Part shown: positions 12,961-24,531 of the stretch, piece after piece | Position numbering within the stretch: position 1 is the stretch's first letter | Layout: every line of letters starts with the position of its first letter | DNA from: Schmidtea polychroa | Taxonomy: Eukaryota | NCBI GenBank assembly: GCA_044892525.1 | Contig: CM097886.1 | Span: 146,382,001-146,446,000, forward strand | Length of the DNA: 64,000 bases | Direction of reading: 5' to 3' | Program-made: the position numbers and the translations under genes | The notes under the pieces: generated by a model | The model's input: only the letters and a program-made list of their open reading frames with translations | Told to the model about the DNA's origin: nothing | Databases searched by the model: none

Positions 12961-14700
12961 AAAGCAAATAGAACAATCGATCAACATGTTCTAGTCCTGC
13001 TTTTAAGAAAATACTAGATGAATGCAGAGCTATTTGAAAAAAATTACGAACACCAAATATTTCTTCTTTAGCTAAGAACCTAAACATGAAAAAAGCCATA
13101 CTAGACTGTCCAACTAGGTGGAATTCGAGCTATGACATGATAAAAGTCCTATTGGAATACAAAAGTTTTTATTCGGATTTAATTAATGTTGAATTAACTA
13201 TGAAAAGTTTTATAGAAGAAAAAGTTTTTTCAAATTAATTCGGAAAATATAAATTCCACATCTTCCATTGATAGTTCAGTTAAAAATGAGATGTAAATAT
13301 ACGAAAATTATCCAAGGCTAGCAAAAGAAAAAATTATTTTAGAATTTTGGAACCGACATAAAATACAAACCCTTTTACTATATCAGGTGGCCCAAATAAT
13401 ATTAGCAGTCCCTGTTACGCAAGTTAGCGTAGAGATCGCTTTTTCAGCTTTAAAATGTATACTATCACCACAACGAGCAAATTTAACAGAAGAGAACCTA
13501 AAAAATATTTTAACTGTTAAGTTAAATGAAAAATAAATAAAAGATTGTGGTTTTTTTTTCTAAATTTTGAACCCGAAATTGAACCCTGGACCGAACCTGA
13601 ACCCGAATTTTTTATTTTGATTAACCCGAACCTGAACCTGAACCCAATTTTTTAAGGTTTCAGTCTCTGAATAAATCATAAATGAAAATAAAAGAACAAT
13701 TATTTAAAACAATAAAATAAATATTTTTTAGTATTAAGCACTTAAGAAATTTAGTATAAATAGCGTTGGTAAATTCAATTCAATCAGCCAGACTTAGCTC
13801 CAGAATTTCTTGAAGTCAATCTTCTCGAAATTTAAAAATAATACAGTAATAATATAATAACACTAATATTTGAGAATCTTTATATCCTTGAAGTTAAACA
13901 AACCTACTTAGATTCTGAAAGTGCACATTTAAAAGTGAATTTTTGTTTAATAAATAGTTAAAAGAAGTCTAGTTAATTGATTTATATAAGAAACAGTAAG
14001 TTGAGAATCTCCACGAACCGAGTCTTTAAAATCAATTATTGAATATTTTATATTCGGGGGATAGGAATTAAAATCAGAGGGATAGTGTAGCATATATCGG
14101 GAAATTTTCTTTATACAATTAAATTATTATAGACTATATAAAATATTGATTGATATAGATCGTTCGTTTAAAGATGTTACAAAACTTTTTGGAGAGTTCT
14201 CTTATATCTGAAGGGATACGCACTATAGGCATATAATCATTTAATTATTTGCCTCTGGTACAATAGCAATTATCTGTACAGTTCATTATTTTCATTAGAA
14301 ACACAGTTGGGTTTTTGAAAAATTTAGCAGGTATTCGTCCTTATATTATTCCTGTATTCCTTTAAAGTTAAAATAGAAATTAATGTTTGAAAATTTTTGA
14401 TAGGGATCGGCCCTATCTCTCATATTCATTGATGTTAAAACGATTCTAATCACATTGCATTTTGTGTTGATTTTGCGTCAATAATGATTAAATGCTCGTT
14501 TTCCTCAGACCACTGGACGTTTGAGAAACGAGCGCTTAGTGTTCTATATAGTAAAATTAACTCTGTATTTTGAGTGTTTATTTTGCGTATGTAGTCGTTG
14601 TGCGCTATAGGTCGATTACATTATGTTAAAAGAGGAAATTGTTCATTACACACGGTCCACTGGAGTGTTATATGTTCAGAACTTGGCACTACGAACAAAC

Positions 14701-15300
14701 TGTTGGGCTAGAACTGATTTCTAGACCCAAAACTCTAAGTTGTGACTGAGGTGTGTTGGTACATAGCACGCAAATAGCAATAAGTTCAGTTAAATATAAA
14801 AAATACATCAAATAAACAAAATTAATTAAGAGGAAAAACAACAAAAAATGTAAACACAGAAACTAAATAAAATTATACAAATGAAAGAAGTATTGCAAGA
14901 AAACTAACTCAAAAATAACAAAGAAACATAAAAATTACAAAAAACAGACTCGAATAGCTTCGAAAGATATTAAAACAATAAAAATTCTAGAAAAATTCCA
15001 GAACACTTCATAAGAATGGCGACATCCATCATAAAAGCCATATAGATCAATAAAAGTTAACAAAAATAAATAAATTAGTTATAAAAATAAAAATTCGAAA
15101 AAAGAAATTAAGAAAAGCATCATTAAAATAAAAATTAATATGGAATGTTCTGGAATCGTTCCAAATCCATCATGGAAGTAAATTTAGCAAAAAATAAATA
15201 GAAAATAAAAATTTAAAAAATATCAAAAATAGAAAATTCTAGAATTAAAAGAATTCGGGTGTGTTTTAATGCATCAATACATACACGTGTACTTGCACAC

Positions 15301-15385
<85 letters not shown>

Positions 15386-15460
15386 AATGCATTTCGGTCA
15401 CAAAAAAACTCTATGCCAAAAATCTTTTCAACGCTATTTGGAAACACTACTAATAGTAAG
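14701..15460 (+). mobile_element. LTR-like sequence, family D
   Basis: Starts tgttgggctagaactga; homologous to 9790-10630 (minus strand); interrupted by an (AT)n tract. Confidence 0.55.
15305..15382. repeat. (AT)n microsatellite, ~39 units
   Basis: Directly visible; a shorter tract lies at ~19678-19709. Confidence 0.98.
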
Positions 15461-15936
15461 GGATTTTTGTTATGTTATTATAATTTTATGATTTTTTTTA
15501 TTCTATTATTAATATGGCCATGACCGTTTTTTATTTTTTTTTATTTTATTTTATGCTTAAACAAGAGTGACCACCGTCGTTGTAGACGCATTTTGCTCGC
15601 GACGTTAATCAGCCTTGTTTCCAACTAATAATTTTGCATACACCAGAAAACGGGTCTACGACCCTACATGTATTAAACTAAATTTTTATAACCAGAGGTC
15701 GCCACGAAGTAATGGTGTTCAACCAGGAGTAGAGCGGGTAAAATCCATCTTGGTAGTTGGCATAGTCACAGGGACTATGCGGACAAATTAAAATTTGGGA
15801 TATTAATCATGGGTGCATAACACAATAGGGTCTATCGCACCGTATTCAGTGCAATCGGGAAAATAGGTAAATTTTAATTAATTTGACTTTTTCATAATTT
15901 ACATATGTAATCTGTACACTCAACTTCACTATAGAG

Positions 15937-18496
15937 CAGCGATTCTCAACCGCCGGGTCGTGGAAGATTTTGTGCGGGTTGTGAGCAAATTTGAAAAAAA
16001 ATTTATTTAATGCTAATTTTTTACAATTAATCAATAAATATAATTTAAAAATTGCTAAAAATTAATCAAGTTTTTAATAATCGAAAATAATATCATTATA
16101 ATGAAAATTATTTCTTTTTAAGTATTTTAAGAATTTCATCAAAAAATGTTTATTGTTGCATAATTGTAAAAAAAAACTTTTTCCAGTCCTAAAATGAAAC
16201 GTAAAAAAAGACAAGCGACATTAGACAATTTTGTTATAAAGGTTAACAATAACAATTCAACAGCTGTTGAAAACAATGATGAAGAAGAAGTTCAATGTCC
16301 ACCCGAAAAAAAGAAGAGGTCAAGTTTTGTTCGCAAATACAACATTACTTGTTTAAGATTTGGATTTATTTCTTGGCCTGGATCAGATGCAAGTTGTCCC
16401 AAACCACAATGTATCATTTGTGGCGAAGTGCTGTCCAATGAAAGCATGAAAACAAATAATTTATCACGACATTTGAACTTAAAACACAAAGAATTGGAAT
16501 CAAAACCAATTCTTTGAGAGAAAAGCTTCTGAGATAAAAAGCCAAAAATATTCATTTCAAAAGTCCCTTTTAGCCAACAAATCACTTTTAAAGGCTTCTT
16601 ATTTGGTTGCTTTTCGAATTGCCGAATGTAAAAAACCATTTTCAATTGCTGAAAAACTAATAAAACCATGCTTGGTGGATGTTTGTTCAGAGATTTTGGG
16701 TTTAACCACTTAATGTACGTTCCCGTGATATATACGGGCGCATCTTACTAGCATTTTGTACGCGCCCGTGACATAGACGGGCGAACATTATATTTACTTA
16801 TAATATTTACGTATAGCGTGTTTATAACGTGTTGTTTGAATTGTTTAATTATTTAATCGTCTGGATCAACACCTTCATGACTATCCAACCAGATACAAAA
16901 TTCAAAATAAATGTGTACATTAAGCTGGTGACAAAATGAAGGCCATTCCTTTATCCAATGACACAATTGGAAGAAGGATTGAGGAATTATCGGCAAATAT
17001 TGAAGATCAACTCATCGAAAAGGTCAAGAAGTCAGAGTCATTTGCAATCCAAATGGATGAGTCAACAGATGTTGCAAACAAAGCAGTTCTTTTATGTCAT
17101 GTTAGATATATTGATTATGACAGCAGCGACCTCAAAGAAGACCTTTTGTGTTGCAGTGAGATTCCCTCTTACACAACCAGTTCAGAAATCTTTCGCATCA
17201 TTGGTGAATATGTGAAAAAAAATTCTTCGAACTGGAAATTGTGCATTGGATTGTGTACAGATGGTGCAGCAAACATGGTTGGCAGACTTTCAGGTGTAAG
17301 AACAAGAATCCAAGAAGTTGCTGGTGATACATTTAAATTTACTTACTGTGTTATTCACCGTGAGCATTTAGCAGCAAAAAAAATGTCTCCCGAATTACAT
17401 GAAGTTCTTTCAGTTACAATTCAGATTGTTAATTTCATCAAGAGCAACGCACTCAATTCCCGATTGTTCACAATTCTGTGTGATGAAATGGATTCAGGAA
17501 ATTCACAGTTGCTACTTCACGCTGAAGTGCGCTGGCATTCCGGAGAGAGAGTTCTTACAAGCCTCTACGAGTTGCTTGATGAGGTGAAAATCTTTTTAAG
17601 TCAAAAAAATTCAGATCATGCCAAACATTTCTTTGATGAAGAATGGATTGCAAAACTTGCTTATTTATCAGACTTCTTTTCTCTGATAAATCAGCTAAAT
17701 CTGAGTCTACAAGGTCCAATGACAACTTTCTTCAGTGTCTGGAATAAAATTGATGCTTTTAAGAAAAAAATAAAAACTTGGTTAAACCGCACACAAGAGC
17801 AGAATTATGAAATGTTTCCTTCATTTAACGATTTCACAGAATCTTTTAACTTGAATTTGGATAATGTTGTTTCTTGTATCACTCAACATTTGGAAGTGCT
17901 TGCTCAAATGTTTGACAGCTACTATCCACCTAATGACGATGTTCGATTTGGAAACATGTGTATATCCAATCCATTTCTTAATCACCAACAAAACAACCTT
18001 TGAAACACAGAACCAGAAAAATTGATTGAGTTATCATCAGATATGGGATTGAAATCAATGTTTAACTCAATGAGCATTACACAGTTTTCGATAAAAGTCA
18101 AGGAGGAATATCCAGCCCTCAGCAAAATTGCCATTCACATTTTATTACCCTTTTCTACAACTTGTGTGAATCAGCATTTTCAGCAATGTCAATTATTAAA
18201 ACGAAGCAAAGAAACAGGTTATTTACTGACCCTGCTTTGCGACTTGCTATCAATTCTTTAAAACCAAGAATAGACAAACTGGTACGAGAGAAAGAGCAAC
18301 AACAATCACATTAATTTATAAAATTATGTTTCTAATTGTTTTGATTTCGTTATTGTTAATCCTTTTATAATAAATATTTTGTTCATCTGTTAACTTTTTT
18401 TAAAATTATTAATTTTATTAGATTGTAAAGTCAAACTGAATTTACGGGTCGTGAAAAAAAATTGAGATTATTTACTTTTTGGGTTGAGAAACACTG
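15937..18496 (+). mobile_element. Near full-length hAT Buster/Charlie-type transposon (BED finger + DDE transposase pseudogene)
   Basis: TIRs cagcgattctcaacc / ggttgagaaacactg. ORF 16194-16517 has a BED finger (PQCIICGEVLSNESMK..LSRHL..KH). ORF 16936-18003 has FAIQMDESTD, CTDGAANM, HC-equivalent YCVIHREHLA and HAEVRW; C-terminus 18022-18310 has LLPFSTT. Confidence 0.95.
16702..16928. mobile_element. ~220-bp MITE-like insertion inside the Buster transposase
   Basis: Splits ...CSEILG / AGDKMKAIPL; ends ttaa-tgtac...gtaca-ttaa; two internal palindromes cccgt(N)acggg. Confidence 0.6.
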
Positions 18497-18519
18497 ATCT
18501 AAATGATATGGTTTCTAAT

Positions 18520-19553
18520 TGTTTTTGGTTAATTTAAGTCGGTTCCCTCTGACTCCTCGTGTCCTTTAAATCAAAACAATAACGACCCAACGTATATTGA
18601 AATAACAAAATTCACAACCTTTTCTCACCACTTTACAATTAATAATCAAAGTTACGTTTGACCGATTCTCCGCTCGACGTTGATGCTTTGTAAATAGATA
18701 ATATTCACCTTTTATTTCTTTAGATTCTCTTGACCCACGTTTTCCTCTTTTTCACCTTTCCGTATTCCTATTCTATGTATTCTTTTCCCTAATCTCCTAA
18801 ATTTGTTTTGCCTATTCTTAAATCGGTTTCTTCTAACCCTAGCTGAGGCAAAATGCCGATTTGCTCTGATTTTCCCTTTCCTTATATACTTCTCGAAATT
18901 GGGATGACAAATGGTTATTGCCGAGCCAATCTTTCACTTGACATTTGCTTCCACGTATCTGCTTCGGCTTTCACCCATAATGGTCCAACGAACCAAGATA
19001 ATTAATATCCCTTCCGGCCTTTCTACACACACTATCTTCTCCTTCCTCTTTTCCAAATAATCATTGTGTCAAGCTAATGGGCCCAAATCTTCCTTCTGTT
19101 TACTTTCCTTCTTGTTTACACAGCTCGGGTTTCCTTCATCTCTCGGGTTCTCCATTGGCTCAGGTTTCCCCTTAGCTCGGGTTTTCTATTAGCCAATAAA
19201 TTAATTAATTAACTTTTCTGTTTTCACACATTTGAATGCTTTTCGACCCTTCCTAACCATTTTCTGATAAATCCCTAACCATCATCTTGTTGACCATTAG
19301 CTACTCTATACTTGTCCCGTTTTCCCCATTCGATTTCGATGATTTTACCATTTATTGATTTTTCTCGCATTTCCGGATTCTTGCCTTTCGTAATTGCTTT
19401 TGGCATTTATTAATACTGCTTCCATCACACTTTCCTTTACTATCGATTCTGTGCATGATCCCGCTTTTATTTGTCTTTTGTCTTCACTTACTTTTTATTT
19501 AAATTATTAACCTAAATTTCATTTAAATTTATTTTAATTTACGGACTTCAACA
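18520..19553 (-). mobile_element. Family A LTR (3' LTR of the gag-only element, 1034 bp)
   Basis: Minus strand TGTTGAAGTCC...AAAAACA, preceded by a G-rich PPT (19554-19567); homologous over its full length to solo LTR 59470-60529; TATA (ccttatatact), CCAAT and ctcgggtttcc repeats. Confidence 0.92.
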
Positions 19554-19672
19554 TATCCCCCCCCCTTTAAAATATTTTTCGTCCTCGAAATCTATTTTGA
19601 TGTGATTTATTAAAACTTATTAAATAATTACGTATTCCACAATAAACAATTAAAATTCCCATAGATTAAATT

Positions 19673-19713
<41 letters not shown>

Positions 19714-20336
19714 AAGAGAGATCTTGTTTTGATTAAATTAATTAGACAGTTCTGATGATATAAGTCACGAGCTATTTAAAGGAAACAGTGTACACCGAAA
19801 AATGATTATACTTAAATGATAATTGGGGTCCATAGACATTTGTCAAAACGAATCATAATTGAGACTAACTTTTAAGTTCAACTTTTAGTATAAGGTTTGA
19901 AAATAATTTTCCAATTTTCGTAAACATTATTATCGTGTCGATAAATTAAATTCCAAATTATTCATACTATTTTTAAAATAAAATTTTGTGTTTCATCCAT
20001 TTATTGTTTTAATTTTTCTCGTTAATCTATCTGATTTATTTTTTTATTAATCAGAATTTCCTTATCCCAAATAATGTTCGGCAAACTTTGATTTAGCCTG
20101 ACAATGATATCAAGTAATTATCGTAATTAATTTGTTTACCTTAATGAAATAACCTCTTTATAGAAAAAATTAAGAAACCACAACTGGCGAATGATGGATT
20201 CCTTGTACATACAACTTGTCCTAAAACACACGCATGCATTAATTTCAGAGAATCAACACCAATCCTTCATCATCCAATCAAAACTCTAAATATTTCCTCA
20301 CTAATGATTGTTGGATGTAAGCCAATGATTTCAGTT

Positions 20337-21343
20337 TTAGATTCTATGAAATTTGAATTTATTGATATTCACTTTGTCCCTTTGTGGTGAAGGTGACGTT
20401 GACGATGATCTTGATCTAGTGAAACAGTTTCTGCTAATATGCCCTTTCTTTCCACATCGATAGCATTCGACATCACTACTGATCCTTTTGTTTTCTGTGA
20501 ATCTATTGTTAGGGCTGTGATTTTTCCCATATTTGAACCAACATTGATTTGAGTAGTGTCCGGACTTTTTGCAATGTTCGCACTGAGGCTTATTTACCTG
20601 TCCATTTGATGGCACGTTCATGGCTGATCTGCTGGTTTGAAATCTATTATTTGGTCTCAAAATTGGACTACTGATTTGGTTTATTTTCTTTTCATCCCAT
20701 GGTGCTCTCACAGGAGTAATTGACCGCTCACGTCTCTCCACATTAACTCCAAAAGCATCTGATCTTTTCGCCCTTTTTAAATTCAGCTCTATCTTCATAG
20801 CTTTCTTCTCGAGCTCATCGAAATTAGAAAAATCCACATAACATAGGGCCTTTTTGATTTCGGAGTGGACTCCGGTTATAAACTGATCTTCTAACAGCTC
20901 TTTAACCTGCTTGGCCATATTTACTTGATCTGGTTTGACTTCAAAGGCTTTATCTGCTAAAGTGGAGAGATGATAAGCAAACTCACTGACCAATTCCTCT
21001 GAACCTTGAACTCGATTATAGAATTTCTGTCGCATAATTCTTTTGATATCTCCACCAACCAGTTTCAGTGTCATTGCATCCTTCAATTTGGTCCAATCAT
21101 TGCCAACGTTCCGTTTGTCGACTTGCTGCCAGGCTTCTCTTACCGCACCCTTCAGATAGAGTGGGAATCTCTGAACCATAATGGCTTGTGTCCATCAGTA
21201 TGCTGAGGCATACATATAATAATCTCCCATGAAATCCACGAATTCAACAGGGTCTCTCCATATTGATTAACGGGTAATTTTTGGAAACTTGCGAAATCAA
21301 TCATCTCTCTATTGAGAGGCATAATAGCATTATCATTTGCCAT
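20337..21343 (-). pseudogene. Ty3/gypsy gag (capsid + two CCHC zinc knuckles), one frameshift and one stop
   Basis: ORFs 21152-21343 and 20337-21179 join via GDPVEFVDFMGDYYMYASAY*WTQAIMVQRFPLYLKGAVREAW; RQKFYNRVQGSEELVSEF; knuckles CEHCKKSGHYSNQC and CYRCGKKGHISRNC. Confidence 0.93.
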
Positions 21344-21643
21344 TTGGACTTCTGAGGTTGTATCGGTTCACTTTAAGCTAAACTTCAAACGTTAAACAAT
21401 AATTTAAATTACTTTTCAACTTCTTTTAAATCTTCCAATAATAGCCTTTAATATCTATCTCGTCAGCACTATTTTCCAAAAATTTTCCACCACTTTCAAT
21501 AATTTTCAGCCGACTTGCAATCACGTCTGTACTCTTTTTCCCAAATATTTTTGCAATAACTTTCAATAATTCTCTGCTGACTTTCGATCACGTCGGTACT
21601 ATTTTTTTGTCACTAACTTTCAATAATTCTCCACCGACTTTCT

Positions 21644-21661
21644 ATCACGTCGGGCTCACCA
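21644..21661 (-). promoter_or_regulatory. Primer-binding site, tRNA-Trp-like
   Basis: Minus strand TGGTGAGCCCGACGTGAT matches the canonical tRNA-Trp PBS TGGTGACCCCGACGTGAT at 17/18 positions; it lies 7 nt after an LTR end. Confidence 0.85.
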
Positions 21662-21668
21662 GAATATA

Positions 21669-21937
21669 TGTTGACCATTAGCTACCCTATACCTGTCCCG
21701 TTTTCCCCATTCGATTTCGATGATTCTTCAATTTATTGATTTTTCTCGGATTTCCGGATTCTTGCCTTTCGTAATTGCTTTTGGCATTTATTAATACTGC
21801 TTCCATCACACTTTCCTTTACTATCGATCCTGTGCATGATCCCGCTTTTATTTGTCTTTTTTTTTCTTCTCTTACTCTTTATTTAAATTATTAACCTAAA
21901 TTTCATTTAAATTTATTTTAATTTACGGACCTCAACA
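21669..21937 (-). mobile_element. Short (269 bp) family A LTR with PPT upstream and PBS downstream
   Basis: Matches the first ~265 nt of LTR A (19290-19553); TG..CA ends; PPT aagaggggagata at 21938-21950. Confidence 0.88.
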
Positions 21938-22482
21938 TATCTCCCCTCTTAAAAAAATTTTTTTCGTCCTCGAAATCGATGTTTTGCTGTGATTATGTCC
22001 TTGGATGTAATTTTAAATACATTTAAATATTATTAGATTGTATTTTATACTTTAAATTTATTACCTTAAAATTATTTCTTGTCTGTTGTTTAAACAGCCC
22101 AATTTAATTATTGTTATTAATCAATAACTAATAAATTTTATTTAATCAATTTGATCAATAATTTTAACTTTGGCCTGTAACAGAAAACATTGACGAACGG
22201 AATGGGTTAACTTTTTCTAAACCAGTTGCCAAATTTTATTATTATTTTATAAAAATTCCAGCTAATAGTTAGCTGGTAAATATAAATATATAAGTTAAAT
22301 TATTGACATTAATTTATTATTTCAATCCAATTTAATTTTTTTCTTAATAAACTCTCATTATAACAAACGGATATCTTAATCATCTTAATCTTAAATTTTT
22401 AATCATATAATAATTATTTGGACAGACGGATATCTGTCCCGCTAGACATCAATGGAATTTTTAAGATAAGCCCATAAATTTC

Positions 22483-23560
22483 TGTTGGGGTTCAGTAGGA
22501 ACCGGAATTTGAAAGGTTTTGAAATTAAATAATAATTAATTACTAAAATTAGAATTATAATATAAATAGTATTTAAAAAATTACTAAAATTGGAACTAAA
22601 ATATAAATAGTAATAAATAATTACTAAAAATAGATTTGTACCAAAAATAGTAATTATTTAAAAAAAGATATAATAAAAATAGTAATTAAATAATTACTAT
22701 TAATAGATTTAAAATAAATAAATTTTTATAAATACGAGATGAAAAATTAGATGAGGGGACGAATTTGAGACAAGTAGACCAGAAAGAAACATAGCCGCAG
22801 TAGTTAATATTGGAAAAGAAGCAATCGATTTGATTTGAAACCAATTCGCGTCAGTTGACATTTATTTTGCCGTCTAATTGGGAATTTAACAGTAGACAGA
22901 ATTTCATCCTAAATATTAATCGATCGAAAAATTAATTTTTGCAATTCTGATTTTTGGAATATTCTTTATTCTAAATTACAATATTCTTTGGAAATATTTA
23001 AATCAAAGGAAGAAAATTATTAGAATTTAATTCAACTGTGGTTTTGGCTATTTTCTGGGAGAAATTTAAATAAGCAGGAAATTATATTAGTTAGTATTTA
23101 TTATTCTTATCTAAATAATTATAAATATAAATATCTATATAAAAATTTATTCAATTAAATAAAACTTAAACAAGAGAAACAGTAACGTCAGCACGTATTT
23201 TTTGTGCTGTTTCGTTGCTAATATTGTTTGAAAAAGGGTTAACCAATTTCTAGGTTGACTCCATCGCGTAAAATTTGGTAAACTTCCCTATCTCTTTTCC
23301 GTTCACCTATATCGGGCTGTTGGCGCATTTAGGGCCAGCCTTGATTCTTAATAATACTCTTTAGGGCGGTTTGTATAACCGTTTTTCTGTACTTTTAGAA
23401 AGCATCGTGTTTTATATAAACAACCGTGTAACTAACTTTTATTTGTTAATAAATATTTAAAACATATTTCTTATTTATTTACCGACGCGCATTTTATATT
23501 ATTTGGAGTCAGATTAAACCTTTTTGTGTTAGTCCGAATACATACCCATCGAACCTAACA
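22483..23560 (+). mobile_element. Solo LTR, family B copy 2 (1078 bp)
   Basis: tgttggggttcag...gaacctaaca with 4-bp TSD tttc. Confidence 0.92.
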
Positions 23561-23838
23561 TTTCAAGAAATTCTTAATTATCTAATAATTATTTAGACAG
23601 ACGGATATCTGTCCCTCTAGACATCAATGGGATTTTAAAGTTAATTTTTACGATAAGCCCATATGTATATATTATTTTTATGACCATAATTGTTAATTTT
23701 TTTCATTTGTCTTTAATTATCATCGTCCGTGTGTATTCATTAATCCAACCAATAAATGATTGTGATTTTTGATTACAAATACCAATTTAACAAATTATTT
23801 TCAGTTTTTCCCAAAAAATATGCAATAGCTCAAGGATT

Positions 23839-24345
23839 TTGTTTTTTATCGTCATATTAGAAAATGACCAGCGAGTCAAGAGATTAGTGCTCAGCCATGC
23901 TTATCTAAATAGAAGATGGACAATCAAACCAGATACCGTGACAAAAGCGAACATTTCGTATTTAGAATTCACTGAGAGAACGGGTTGGTATATGATACAT
24001 CACGAAATAGTAGATTTAATACCTCCTGCAAAGGGAAAACTAACTAGCAAAGGAAAGGCTAGATTAGTAAATACTCCTGGTTGTAGAGGAATAAATGCTT
24101 TGGATTGGTTTAATATTAGAAAGGTAGCGAGTGAAAAACAGTCCCGTATGAATAGATTAATTAATAATTGTAGTTGTCAAAATATATTAAAGGGAACAAC
24201 AGGAGATAAAACGCCAACTTGGCTATTCTTAGTTATGATAGGGGGAGTGATTTGCATGATTTTAACCTTAATATTAGCTATCCTATGGATGTTTAGATTA
24301 ATGATGAGGGATATTCGATATTGGGAAAATATTTACGAAACCTAG
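23839..24345 (+). CDS. LTR-element cargo ORF1: small predicted single-pass membrane protein (5' end probably damaged)
   Basis: 168-codon ORF with Cys residues, an NIS sequon, the hydrophobic C-terminal run WLFLVMIGGVICMILTLILAILWMF and a short basic tail. Confidence 0.6.
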   Translation: MFFIVILENDQRVKRLVLSHAYLNRRWTIKPDTVTKANISYLEFTERTGWYMIHHEIVDLIPPAKGKLTSKGKARLVNTPGCRGINALDWFNIRKVASEKQSRMNRLINNCSCQNILKGTTGDKTPTWLFLVMIGGVICMILTLILAILWMFRLMMRDIRYWENIYET

Positions 24346-24531
24346 GTATAGGGGGAAAGTCTCACTATATACTAGGAAGTGTAAATATATATAATTATTT
24401 ATTCGATGTTTATTTATATTAGTATGTAAACTAATGTGGCCTCAACAGAGCATCGGTAAAATCAGACATCAAAGTATGTCGACTTTGGTTACCCTGCGAT
24501 AAAAGCTGTTAATCATTTTATTTTTTTAGAA

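Larger units (their letters stand above)
10913..13669 (+). mobile_element. Internally deleted hAT DNA transposon carrying nested LTR insertions
   Basis: 14-bp TIR cagagactgaaacc...ggtttcagtctctg; subterminal ccgaacc/gaaccc repeats; 7-bp flanking duplication aataaat; transposase pieces AILDCPTRWNSSYDM and LAVPVTQVSVEIAFSALKCILSPQRANL. Confidence 0.85.

Noticed and set aside
15213-15523. ORFs with IY/YI repeats
   Set aside because: Translations of the (AT)n microsatellite.
21635-21661. tRNA gene (ends in ...CACCA)
   Set aside because: Only 18 nt match a tRNA 3' end, next to an LTR, with no cloverleaf; it is a PBS.
21450-23665. CRISPR-like repeat arrays
   Set aside because: Repeats are few, degenerate and inside LTR-element leaders in a spliceosomal-intron genome; no unique spacers or cas genes.
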